From assembly GCA_030408505.1 (NCBI GenBank), contig JAUHQI010000002.1, positions 34,674 through 98,673 of the forward strand: 64,000 bases of DNA, read 5' to 3'. The position numbers and the translations under genes were made by a program. Below the pieces are notes generated by a model. The model saw only the letters and a list, made by a program, of their open reading frames with translations, was not told the origin of the DNA and searched no databases. This DNA comes from Candidatus Sacchlamyda saccharinae. Lineage in GTDB: Bacteria; Chlamydiota; Chlamydiia; Chlamydiales; Rhabdochlamydiaceae. Shown in pieces: positions 34,184 to 41,857 of the stretch; the stretch's first letter is position 1; each line of letters opens with the position of its first letter.

Positions 34184-35131
34184 ATGGTGAGAATGACTTG
34201 GCTTGTTGCTCTTCTCTATGCTACGTGGTCCAGCGTTTTTGCCTTTGGCAAAGGGATGCTGGAGATCTCTACCCCGATGTTTTTGACCGGGTCGCGCATG
34301 CTGCTGGCCGGAGCCCTGATGGTAGGGTACCTTCTTATCCGCAAGCGCTCCTCTTTTCGCTTAGACAAAAAGCAGTGGCTCTCGATTGGGTTTTTAGCCC
34401 TCTTCAGTATATTTCTCACCAACATATTAGAGTTCTGGGGACTGCAATACCTCTCCGCTGCCAAGACCTGCTTTATCTATAGCCTCTCTCCCTTTTTCTC
34501 CGCCCTCTTTTCTTATATCCACTTCAAAGAGAAAATGACTCGCGGCAAATGGATTGGGATGTTGATCGGATTTCTCGGGATGATTCCCGTATTCATGACA
34601 CAGACGGGATCCGAAGACCTGCTCAATGCTTTTAGCTTCTTTTCCTGGCCTACCCTCGCGATCATGGGAGCAGCCCTATTCTCCGTCTATGGTTGGGTGA
34701 TCCTGCGTCTTGTGGTCAAAGACAACGATGTCTCACCCGTAACGGCCAACGGAAGCAGCATGTTAGTTGGTGGCGCCATGGCCTTAGTTAGCTCCTTTTT
34801 CTTCGACACTTGGAACCCAATACCTGTTGCGGCTGGCAAGATGATGCCTTTTGCTATGGGGACACTTGGCATGACCCTCCTCTACAACGTCTTTTGCTAC
34901 AACCTCTACGGGATGATGCTCAAGCGCTACACAGCGACCTTCCTCTCCTTCATGGGACTACTGAGCCCCATCTTCGCCTCACTCACTGGTTGGCTCTTCT
35001 TAGGCGAGACCCTCTCATGGCAAATTTTCCTCTCAACAGCCATCGTCTCGATCGGCTTATTCATCGTCTACCGATCCGAGCTCAAACAGGGCTACATCAA
35101 AACCAACTCCCCCACCCCAATAAAAGAATAA
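34184..35131 (+). CDS. EamA/DMT-family transporter
   Basis: Ten predicted TM helices in two EamA-like halves. The start is taken at MVRMTW; the ORF is open from 34136. Confidence 0.8.
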   Translation: MVRMTWLVALLYATWSSVFAFGKGMLEISTPMFLTGSRMLLAGALMVGYLLIRKRSSFRLDKKQWLSIGFLALFSIFLTNILEFWGLQYLSAAKTCFIYSLSPFFSALFSYIHFKEKMTRGKWIGMLIGFLGMIPVFMTQTGSEDLLNAFSFFSWPTLAIMGAALFSVYGWVILRLVVKDNDVSPVTANGSSMLVGGAMALVSSFFFDTWNPIPVAAGKMMPFAMGTLGMTLLYNVFCYNLYGMMLKRYTATFLSFMGLLSPIFASLTGWLFLGETLSWQIFLSTAIVSIGLFIVYRSELKQGYIKTNSPTPIKE

Positions 35132-35165
35132 GAAAATATTTGGGAATGTTTTCAAGATGTTATGC

Positions 35166-35561
35166 TAGGGCCGCTATCCTTTCTTTTGCGAGATAATCCT
35201 TTGGTCATCTCGTCCAGCGCTAACGCGTCTTGAGCTATTTAGACTTCGGCTGCAAAAGCATTAAGGCGGGACTACGCCCACCTTCATGCCCTTTTGCAGG
35301 GCCAGATAAAAACAAGTAAGCGCTTATTTGCATTTGAACTGGCCCTGCGAGCGACTTGAAAGGGGGCGGAGTTCCCCTTGAAAGCTCGAGCAGCCGATGG
35401 CTATTATGGCAATGGAAAATTGCCCCGTTCGATCGGGCCATCAGTGTTTTACACGGGGCCCGGAGTAAGGGGTGATTTGCCGAAGTCAGAATAGCTCAAG
35501 TAAGCGGAGCTACCGGACGCAGCAACTGAAATTGCTGCGCAGAAAACCTATTGAGGCCCTA
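35166..35561 (+). ncRNA. Large unclassified structured intergenic element (candidate ncRNA or non-autonomous mobile element)
   Basis: GC-rich relative to its flanks. Terminal complementarity TAGGGCC/GGCCCTA. 22-nt long-range stem 35229-35250 / 35479-35500. Three-way junction at 35396-35442. 8-bp hairpin at 35518-35539. It shares 5' and 3' modules with 17471-17603. It lies between convergent genes and has no credible ORF. Confidence 0.45.
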
Positions 35562-35600
35562 CCAAAACAATCCGACTGGTCTTCACTCCTTCCCCCTACC

Positions 35601-36122
35601 CTAATGAATCATTTGGATTTGGTGGGGGAGGTTGTTGAAGATGGCTGTCCAGTGGGCTAGCTCGTTTTCATAGAGAGGTTTTGGGAGGTAAACAAAACAA
35701 CAAAAACCCTCAGACCCTCTTCCAAAATAGAGCTGAAAGTAGTAGCTGTCTAGGTTCTCCCACCTCTGCAAGAGCATCGGCGTGCGCCCATCTGCACCAG
35801 CATAGACAGTTGTTCTGTCGTGTTCGAGATAAAAAGGGGCATCAGCCTGAGTGAACCAATCGGCGTAATCTTCTAAATAGAAGGGATGATTGAACGTATC
35901 GCGGATAAAGACGAATTCCGCTTCAGGAAAAAGCCTGCTGCGATAGCGCAAACACGGACTCCCCTTATCAGTTTTCGATCCATCGAAAACAAAATCGGGA
36001 AGTAGGATCAAAAGCCCTTCTTCCAAACCTCCGATAATTTCAGAACCCCCAATAGATGCGCGGGGATAGTAGCCAAAAACTTGCGTAGCAAGGAGCAAGA
36101 ATAGTGCGACAAATTTTCTCAT
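35601..36122 (-). CDS. Hypothetical secreted protein (third gene of a three-gene array)
   Basis: 173 aa with signal peptide MRKFVALFLLLATQVFG. ATGA overlap with the upstream gene. Confidence 0.5.
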   Translation of the reverse strand: MRKFVALFLLLATQVFGYYPRASIGGSEIIGGLEEGLLILLPDFVFDGSKTDKGSPCLRYRSRLFPEAEFVFIRDTFNHPFYLEDYADWFTQADAPFYLEHDRTTVYAGADGRTPMLLQRWENLDSYYFQLYFGRGSEGFCCFVYLPKPLYENELAHWTAIFNNLPHQIQMIH

Positions 36123-36646
36123 TGTCCCTCCTCTTCGATAATGGAGACAGAACTCAACACACCAAAGGTGAGTTTATCAAGCGCACTTTCCGAACCATCA
36201 TAGGTAACAATATGGATCGAGTTGGTACCTATAAGGAAAGAATGGAGATCCATACAGACATCCTCATCTTCATCTTTGATGCGGATACGCATTCGTGAAG
36301 CTGCATATTCTTCAGGCGCAAGTGAAGGGAGAACCTCTATAGAAAAAACACTCTCTTCACCGCAAAACATCTCCTGTAATTCTTCAAAAACAAAAGGGTA
36401 GCTTCCTTCTGCACCCTCACCTAAAACATCCGTCAAGGGAAGTTTTCCAAAAGCGATGAAGGATTCTTCTTCATTTTGAAAAACGATCAATTCTATCCCA
36501 TTCTCGCAGTGAGAAAGGTTCCACGTTCGCTTTGCCTCGGCTGGAATTTGCATAACAAATCCCGTATCTTCATCTCGAAAAAGAGTATCTGATCCAAAGA
36601 GAGTGATTCCAAAACAAGTTAGTAGCAAAGTCAGTAGCGTTTTCAT
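36119..36646 (-). CDS. Hypothetical secreted acidic protein (second gene of the array)
   Basis: 175 aa with signal peptide MKTLLTLLLTCFGITLFG. Confidence 0.5.
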   Translation of the reverse strand: MKTLLTLLLTCFGITLFGSDTLFRDEDTGFVMQIPAEAKRTWNLSHCENGIELIVFQNEEESFIAFGKLPLTDVLGEGAEGSYPFVFEELQEMFCGEESVFSIEVLPSLAPEEYAASRMRIRIKDEDEDVCMDLHSFLIGTNSIHIVTYDGSESALDKLTFGVLSSVSIIEEEGQ

Positions 36647-36660
36647 AGAGATCTCCCGGT

Positions 36661-37131
36661 TTAGGGGTTAAAAGAAATCGATTCTAGCATAGGCAGCAAA
36701 CCGTCTTCTTTACCATCATCTACTTTTGTGAGGCTAATGGTAAAACTGTAGTGGTCTTTCACAAAAAGATAATCGCAGAAGTATAGAGGGTGGCGGTACA
36801 TCTCGGCAATAGCAAGAATTCTCAATTGACACTTGGAGATTTCTAAAGGCCCCACACAAAAGCATTCGAATTTAAGACCTGTGCAGGTCATCTCCTCTTT
36901 TTCATCAGCCCCATTGATCAGAGCTTGATGGAAGTGCTCAGCGTGCGTTTTTTTGCAATCGTTCTCTTCAATTTCGATTGAGAGTTCATTCCCCTCTCCA
37001 TCTTCGTAAGAGTACCAACAATGGTCATCATATACACACTCGGCCATAGGCTCAAAGCGATCGGGTACTTCGAGCTGAAGGCCGCTACAGGGATCAAAAA
37101 AGGAAAAAAGAAAAAAGAGGAAACTTGTCAT
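36661..37131 (-). CDS. Hypothetical secreted Cys-rich protein (first gene of the array)
   Basis: The start is taken at MTSFLFFLFSFF (ATG at 37131), 9 nt from the tRNA-Ile 3' end. The longer ORF to 37176 would run into the tRNA. Confidence 0.45.
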   Translation of the reverse strand: MTSFLFFLFSFFDPCSGLQLEVPDRFEPMAECVYDDHCWYSYEDGEGNELSIEIEENDCKKTHAEHFHQALINGADEKEEMTCTGLKFECFCVGPLEISKCQLRILAIAEMYRHPLYFCDYLFVKDHYSFTISLTKVDDGKEDGLLPMLESISFNP

Positions 37132-37140
37132 ATAAGGAAA

Positions 37141-37214
37141 TGCGGTTACCAAGATTTGAACTTGGGACCTCAACATTATCAGTGTTGCGCTCTAACCAAC
37201 TGAGCTATAACCGC
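37141..37214 (-). tRNA. tRNA-Ile (anticodon GAU)
   Basis: The reverse complement reads GCGGTTATAGCTCAGTTGGTTAGAGCGCAACACTGATAATGTTGAGGTCCCAAGTTCAAATCTTGGTAACCGCA. It folds as a cloverleaf with anticodon loop CTGATAA. No encoded CCA. Confidence 0.93.
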
Positions 37215-37284
37215 GAGGAATGTGTAATTAAAAACAAAGGTCCCGTCGTAGGCACGAAAGATCGTACCTACACCGGGCTAGTCA

Positions 37285-37357
37285 TGGAGGCTAGGAGAGT
37301 CGAACTCCTGACCTTCTGAATGCAAATCAGACGCTCTACCAACTAAGCTAAGCCCCC
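37285..37357 (-). tRNA. tRNA-Ala (anticodon UGC)
   Basis: The reverse complement reads GGGGGCTTAGCTTAGTTGGTAGAGCGTCTGATTTGCATTCAGAAGGTCAGGAGTTCGACTCTCCTAGCCTCCA. The G3:U70 identity pair is present and the anticodon loop is TTTGCAT. Confidence 0.93.
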
Positions 37358-37449
37358 ACAAACCATGCAGCATATCGCTGCACCATTCCTTCCATGAGAA
37401 GGAAGAGAACAAGATACTAAATTTTGCTGTTTTCTGCAATCGGTTCTGA

Positions 37450-38484
37450 TCAAATTTCATGTTTCTCTATCCATTTTTGTGGATTTTCCTTCAATGCAGA
37501 AACAAATTTTGGCAAGCAATTTTTTAAATTAAATGCCGGCTCCCAACCGAGAACCTCTTTGCTCTTTCCGATGTCCAAATCGTAGTGGTCATCAGCAAGG
37601 TCTATCATCCATGGTTGGATAAAAGATTTTCTTCCAATATGCAAGCTTTTCTTTAACGCCGCCCCCATTTTGGCAAACCATTTGGGCACGCGCAGGGTCC
37701 ACCAAGCCTTGCCATGAATGAGCTCTCCTAGAATCTTTTGCAGCTGGCCAAATGCGATCACATCAGGCTCTCCCAATACAAAAATCTCATGTGACCCCAA
37801 TTCTTTCTTTTTGACTACAACAGCCTTGAGTGCTGCGACAAGATCATCCATATGCAAAAAACTCGCCCCGTGCTTCAAATTACCCGGGAAAAGATGACTC
37901 TCTAGCTCTTTTCGATAAATGCGCAGAATTTGTTGTGACAGCGGAATAGAGTTGCAGTCATCATCATATATCCCCGCAATGCGTAAGATGACACTAGGAC
38001 TATCAGATAGATCCTCTATAATTTTTTCTGTTTTCATCTTAGAAATGGGATAATCCCATTTTGGATCCACCTTTGAGCTTTCCGAAATCTTTTCACCCAG
38101 CTTGCATGGAGCATGGACGAGCATTGTGCTAGAAAAGACAAATTGCTCGAGCTGAAAATTCTTTAGCGCCAAAAGAAGATTTCTTGTCCCCTCAATGGTG
38201 ATTTTCTCATACTTTTCCCACTCGCCCCCCGTAAAATTGTAATAAGCGGCCAGGTGGATAAACGATGCGATATTGTCCCCATGTTTTTCCTTCACTTGAT
38301 GAAAAGCAGTCTCCACACTTTCCATTGAACTAATATCCACAAGGAGATACTCGACCTCAGCGAGAGGATTTTTAGGTGCCACTACATCAAAGCCCACCAC
38401 GTGGAAATCTTTGGCAAATACTTCAGCTGCGGCACTTCCAATCCGCCCACACACTCCGGTGATGATTAAAACGGGTTTATCCAT
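37450..38484 (-). CDS. NAD-dependent epimerase/dehydratase (extended SDR)
   Basis: N-terminal Rossmann motif ITGVCGRIGSAAAE. 344 aa. Confidence 0.75.
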   Translation of the reverse strand: MDKPVLIITGVCGRIGSAAAEVFAKDFHVVGFDVVAPKNPLAEVEYLLVDISSMESVETAFHQVKEKHGDNIASFIHLAAYYNFTGGEWEKYEKITIEGTRNLLLALKNFQLEQFVFSSTMLVHAPCKLGEKISESSKVDPKWDYPISKMKTEKIIEDLSDSPSVILRIAGIYDDDCNSIPLSQQILRIYRKELESHLFPGNLKHGASFLHMDDLVAALKAVVVKKKELGSHEIFVLGEPDVIAFGQLQKILGELIHGKAWWTLRVPKWFAKMGAALKKSLHIGRKSFIQPWMIDLADDHYDLDIGKSKEVLGWEPAFNLKNCLPKFVSALKENPQKWIEKHEI

Positions 38485-38842
38485 ACTACTCCATATGAAC
38501 CTATCTGGATAAAATTTCTAGAGAAATTCAAAGGAAGTATTCATTGAATTTATGAGTCCTTCCCAAGGGAAGGGCTGCCAAAACCCCACCTCTAACAAGC
38601 TAAGCCTTAGAAACATCCAACGTAATTACATTGCATTAAAAAACACCTTTACAATAAATATGGCTACAATAGCAATTGGGGCTGCGCTAGCAGCATCAGC
38701 TATCAAAATACTAGCTCCCCCTTGGGAGCTACGCAACTAACAACTAAACACTTACTTTTGAATAAAAAATCTTTACAAAAAACTAACATTCAATTATAAT
38801 TAGTAGTATAATTTTTAATACCACTAAAAAAAGGAATTCATT

Positions 38843-39742
38843 ATGGCTTTACAAGCACTAGGAACAGCAGCTGCCGTAGCAGTCGGCATCTTTTACTGCG
38901 CAGGCAATGGACAAAGGCGCATTGCCGCTAGGCCAGCGGCCCCAGGCCTTGCACAAAGGGCCCAAGACGCAGCCCTACGAATCTGCAATGGCGCAGGCGT
39001 CGTCTATAACGCTTGCATGGTAGCCCTAAGAGGCAGAGCAACACCCCCAAGAGGCAGAGCTACTGCTCCCGCAGGGGCAACATCTTCTTCAAAAGTAGCG
39101 ATTCAATTTTTAGACAATAAACCTATTACTAACTCTCTAATCAATGTACTTACAAACCTACCAAAAGCTAAGGCTACCGATCTTCTTCAAGCACTAAAAG
39201 GAATTAATGACAAAAGAGGATACCAATACTTTAGAAAGTCTGTGCTAGCGAAATTCCAAGGAGCAGCAGCTGCTACACCTGCAGGAACCTCAAAAGATCT
39301 GTTAGCTAGCCATACAAAAGAAGGAGGAACAATCAACTTTATCCTCCAAAAGTTCTCAACAGAAGAGGCTCAAACTTTTCTAGCAGCTCTAAAGAAGATC
39401 AACCCCGCTCCCTACCTCTATTTTAAAAGAGGCACTCTTCAGCAATTCGAGCAAGCAGCGCAACATAATCCAATACATGCCGGAGCAGGAGCACCTCCCG
39501 CATCGGCAGCAGCAGCTGCTGCAGCTGGCACCGCAAGCCATCAAGCTAAAGATCTGTTGGCCCAGATAAAAGCAGGACAACTATATTCTCATGTTATACC
39601 AGCTCTCTCACAACTCTCAGCTTCAGAGGCTGCAGGTATTTTTGGCGATATGACTCGAATAGATGCTGCCTCTGGAGCCTCGGTACTCAACACTTCAATC
39701 AACAAGAAATTATTCGCCGCTGCATATGCCAATCCTCAGTAA
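38843..39742 (+). CDS. Hypothetical Ala-rich protein with three ~65-aa internal repeats
   Basis: 299 aa with an N-terminal hydrophobic segment, an RGRATPP/RGRATAP mini-repeat, then three repeats sharing the pattern DLL...L..L....A...L.ALK.IN....Y.YF+..L..F..AA. An AT-rich leader lies upstream. Confidence 0.55.
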   Translation: MALQALGTAAAVAVGIFYCAGNGQRRIAARPAAPGLAQRAQDAALRICNGAGVVYNACMVALRGRATPPRGRATAPAGATSSSKVAIQFLDNKPITNSLINVLTNLPKAKATDLLQALKGINDKRGYQYFRKSVLAKFQGAAAATPAGTSKDLLASHTKEGGTINFILQKFSTEEAQTFLAALKKINPAPYLYFKRGTLQQFEQAAQHNPIHAGAGAPPASAAAAAAAGTASHQAKDLLAQIKAGQLYSHVIPALSQLSASEAAGIFGDMTRIDAASGASVLNTSINKKLFAAAYANPQ

Positions 39743-39753
39743 CAACTGAGGGT

Positions 39754-40467
39754 TTATTCTTTTTTGGGGACTTGGGCTTGGGCCTTGGCTCTTCGGGCAT
39801 AGACAGAGACCATGCGGGCAACGAGGATCGCGAGGTAGAATTGGCCGACGAGGCCTTCTGAGACGGCAAACATTTGGCCGATGTCTCCTGCGGGGGTGAT
39901 GTCCCCGTATCCGATGGCTAGCAGGGTGATGAAGCTAAAGTAGACCATCTCGGAGTGGTAGTGCCCGTGGGGAAATGCGGCGACTTTGTTGGCAAGACCA
40001 TTGAAAGAGGTGGGATGGGTGAGCTCCATTAGGGTATAGATGATGGCAAAAGCAAAGCCGATCATAAAGTAGACGCAGATGGTGCCGCGCAGCACGTCTG
40101 AGGTCACTTTTCCAAGTAGTACTCGATACAGCAAAGAAAAGATCGAGAAGATCAAAAACACAAGCGAGGCGGCCAGCCCTGCGATAAAGAGCCATTCTGT
40201 CGTTTCAAATAGACTCCACCAGTTAAGGATGAAGGTTGGTATCCCGAGCACGAGAGCAAAAACTTTTACAGCTGGTGTATGGTGACAATTGAAGATGGCT
40301 GCAAGCAGCACGCCTGTAAAAAAGATATGCCATATGGTGATGTAGTGGACGCCGATGTTGTACGGGCGAAAAACGAAAAGGAGGACTAAGAATATGAGGA
40401 GTTGCTTAAAATCGCCAACGAGAAAGCGATTGCTCCACTTAGTAAATTTCGATAAAAACTTCTCCAT
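39754..40467 (-). CDS. Potassium channel-like protein (pore-loop ion channel)
   Basis: Selectivity-filter signature TLLAIGYGDITP, preceded by several TM helices. 237 aa. Confidence 0.8.
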   Translation of the reverse strand: MEKFLSKFTKWSNRFLVGDFKQLLIFLVLLFVFRPYNIGVHYITIWHIFFTGVLLAAIFNCHHTPAVKVFALVLGIPTFILNWWSLFETTEWLFIAGLAASLVFLIFSIFSLLYRVLLGKVTSDVLRGTICVYFMIGFAFAIIYTLMELTHPTSFNGLANKVAAFPHGHYHSEMVYFSFITLLAIGYGDITPAGDIGQMFAVSEGLVGQFYLAILVARMVSVYARRAKAQAQVPKKE

Positions 40468-40493
40468 CTCCTCTAATTAACAAAAGAAAGAGT

Positions 40494-41033
40494 TTATGAC
40501 AAGATTGCTCTTTTTTCATCTACTTGATAGTAATTACAGACAACTTCTGTGCCGGGATAGATGCCTTCTCTGAGAGGAACCATGCCTATCTTTTTGAGAA
40601 CGTTTTGCGAGGCTTTGTTTTCTTTGCGGACTGCGCCAATAATTGATGGCAGTTCTAGTTCTTCAAGGCCCCATCTGAGAAGTTCTTGAGCTACTTCTGT
40701 CGCATAGCCTTTTCCCCAAAATTTTTCGTAGAGCAGGTACCCTAGTTCTACTTCTGGGTTATCGTGTTGCATCGCAAGATGAATAAGTCCGCACCTGCCC
40801 ATAAACTCGCCTGTTTCTTTATCGAAAATGGTCAAAAAACCATGACCAAAGGCATCCCAGTGATTTTGGTGTTTTTTTAGAGATTCTCGCACTTGATCAG
40901 GAGCAGACGTGCTTCCATCTCTTATGTACCGCATTACACTTGGATCTGCGAAAAAGGGGAAGAGAAGCTCTTCCTCATTTTGGATCTTTTTGAGGAGTTT
41001 GAGGCGAGGAGTTGTCAGGATTTTTTGGCTCAT
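40494..41033 (-). CDS. GNAT-family N-acetyltransferase (RimJ/RimL-like)
   Basis: N-terminal LTTPRLKL and the acetyl-CoA block FWGKGYATEVAQELLRWG. Confidence 0.8.
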   Translation of the reverse strand: MSQKILTTPRLKLLKKIQNEEELLFPFFADPSVMRYIRDGSTSAPDQVRESLKKHQNHWDAFGHGFLTIFDKETGEFMGRCGLIHLAMQHDNPEVELGYLLYEKFWGKGYATEVAQELLRWGLEELELPSIIGAVRKENKASQNVLKKIGMVPLREGIYPGTEVVCNYYQVDEKRAILS

Positions 41034-41613
41034 TTTTCTGGTTGTTTTTTCCAGAGATCATACCAGCTGTGACAATATAGCGCATCCCATGTTCGACGGT
41101 CATGTCGATTAGTTTAACCTTAGATCTAGGCAATGTGAGGGTGACTCCCCCAATCTGGTAACTTAATGGGACGTAGACCGCTACTTCATCCTCTCCTGCA
41201 AAACCTTCCGGCAGATCGGAGAAATCCTCACGTGTGATGATTCCTAAAAAGCTCATTCCGTCGTGCTCAACGATGACCATTTTTCCTGCCTTTTCCTGAT
41301 CTTTAGGTTGGAAATAGCTCATCATATCGCCAATGGAGTTGTAGATGGTTTTGAAAAGGGGAATACGGGTAAAAATCCGATCCATGAGGCCTGTCATTTT
41401 CTGGATGATGAAGTTATTAACAATGATTCCAAAGAAAAAGATAAAAATGAATGCTACGAGAAGCCCCATCCCTGGGAAATAATGATCTCCTACTAGCCAT
41501 TCAAGTGGCACACGAAAAATACTTTCCAGTGTATCGAGTAGCCAAATTACGATCGCTAAACTGATCGCAACGGGTGCTAAGGCAATGAGTCCTCGTTTAA
41601 AAATTTTTCCCAT
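40975..41613 (-). CDS. DUF502-family membrane protein
   Basis: MGKIFKRGLIALAPVAISLAIVIWLL plus a second TM segment and a soluble C-terminal domain, the typical DUF502 layout. Its 3' end overlaps the GNAT start by 59 nt. Confidence 0.7.
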   Translation of the reverse strand: MGKIFKRGLIALAPVAISLAIVIWLLDTLESIFRVPLEWLVGDHYFPGMGLLVAFIFIFFFGIIVNNFIIQKMTGLMDRIFTRIPLFKTIYNSIGDMMSYFQPKDQEKAGKMVIVEHDGMSFLGIITREDFSDLPEGFAGEDEVAVYVPLSYQIGGVTLTLPRSKVKLIDMTVEHGMRYIVTAGMISGKNNQKNEPKNPDNSSPQTPQKDPK

Positions 41614-41674
41614 TAATCTTTAATATGGGTATACAATGGAAATATTGCAACCATTTCACAAACGGAGGAAGCAT

Positions 41675-41857
41675 ATGAGTGACACGCTTGTTGTCGTCAG
41701 TAAGGTAAAAACCTATGTCAAAAATAAATCGCAGATGAACACTTCTGCATCGGCCATGCCAGCGCTTACAAAAATTGTCGAAGAGGCATGTGAAAAGGCG
41801 ATTGAAAACGCGCGCAGAGATGGGCGCAAAACCATCATGGATAGAGACTTCGAGTGA
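41675..41857 (+). CDS. Small histone-fold (bacterial histone-like) protein
   Basis: 60 aa from the ATG at 41675, with GGAGGA 5 nt upstream. MSDTLVVVSKVKTYVKNKSQMNTSASAMPALTKIVEEACEKAIENARRDGRKTIMDRDFE has a helix-strand-helix pattern with the histone-fold RKT(I/V)xxxD signature. Confidence 0.65.
   Translation: MSDTLVVVSKVKTYVKNKSQMNTSASAMPALTKIVEEACEKAIENARRDGRKTIMDRDFE

Noticed and set aside
35436-35460. Hammerhead-like string on the minus strand (CTGATGGCCCGATCGAAC).
   Set aside because: It lacks the invariant A9 (CUGAUGA) and a proper stem II. The resemblance is superficial.
35166-35561. The structured element could be RNase P RNA. It contains GAAAGCTCGAGC, GCCGATGGC and CCCGGAGTAAGG, which loosely echo M1 RNA blocks.
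   Set aside because: The universally conserved P4 strands (GAGGAAAGUCCGGGC and ACAGAACCCGGCUUA) are absent. The spacing between the candidate blocks is too short (~190 nt). A truncated paralogue at 17.5 kb is not expected for rnpB.
35166-35561. tmRNA, SRP (4.5S) RNA or 6S RNA identity for the element.
   Set aside because: There is no tRNA-like acceptor/T-arm ending in a GGTTCGA-type sequence plus a tag ORF. There is no SRP domain IV motif (GGAAGCAGCC-like with a GNRA loop). The size and architecture are unlike 6S.
37141-37357. The tRNA-Ile(GAU)/tRNA-Ala(UGC) pair as evidence for an adjacent rRNA operon.
   Set aside because: No 16S or 23S sequence lies on either side; protein-coding genes abut both ends. 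The order (Ala then Ile in the direction of transcription) is the reverse of rRNA spacers.
38552-38740. 62-aa ORF in the AT-rich leader upstream of the Ala-rich protein gene.
   Set aside because: It is short with no SD and an odd composition. Only the last 26 aa (MATIAIGAALAASAIKILAPPWELRN) look protein-like, so there is not enough support to call a gene.
40975-41033. The 59-nt overlap between the DUF502 gene end and the GNAT gene start as a possible frameshift or fusion.
   Set aside because: Both proteins look complete. The GNAT N-terminus LTTPRLKL is canonical, and the DUF502 tail is a low-complexity extension. This is a plain overlap, or a slightly later stop or earlier start cannot be excluded. 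There is no evidence of disruption.
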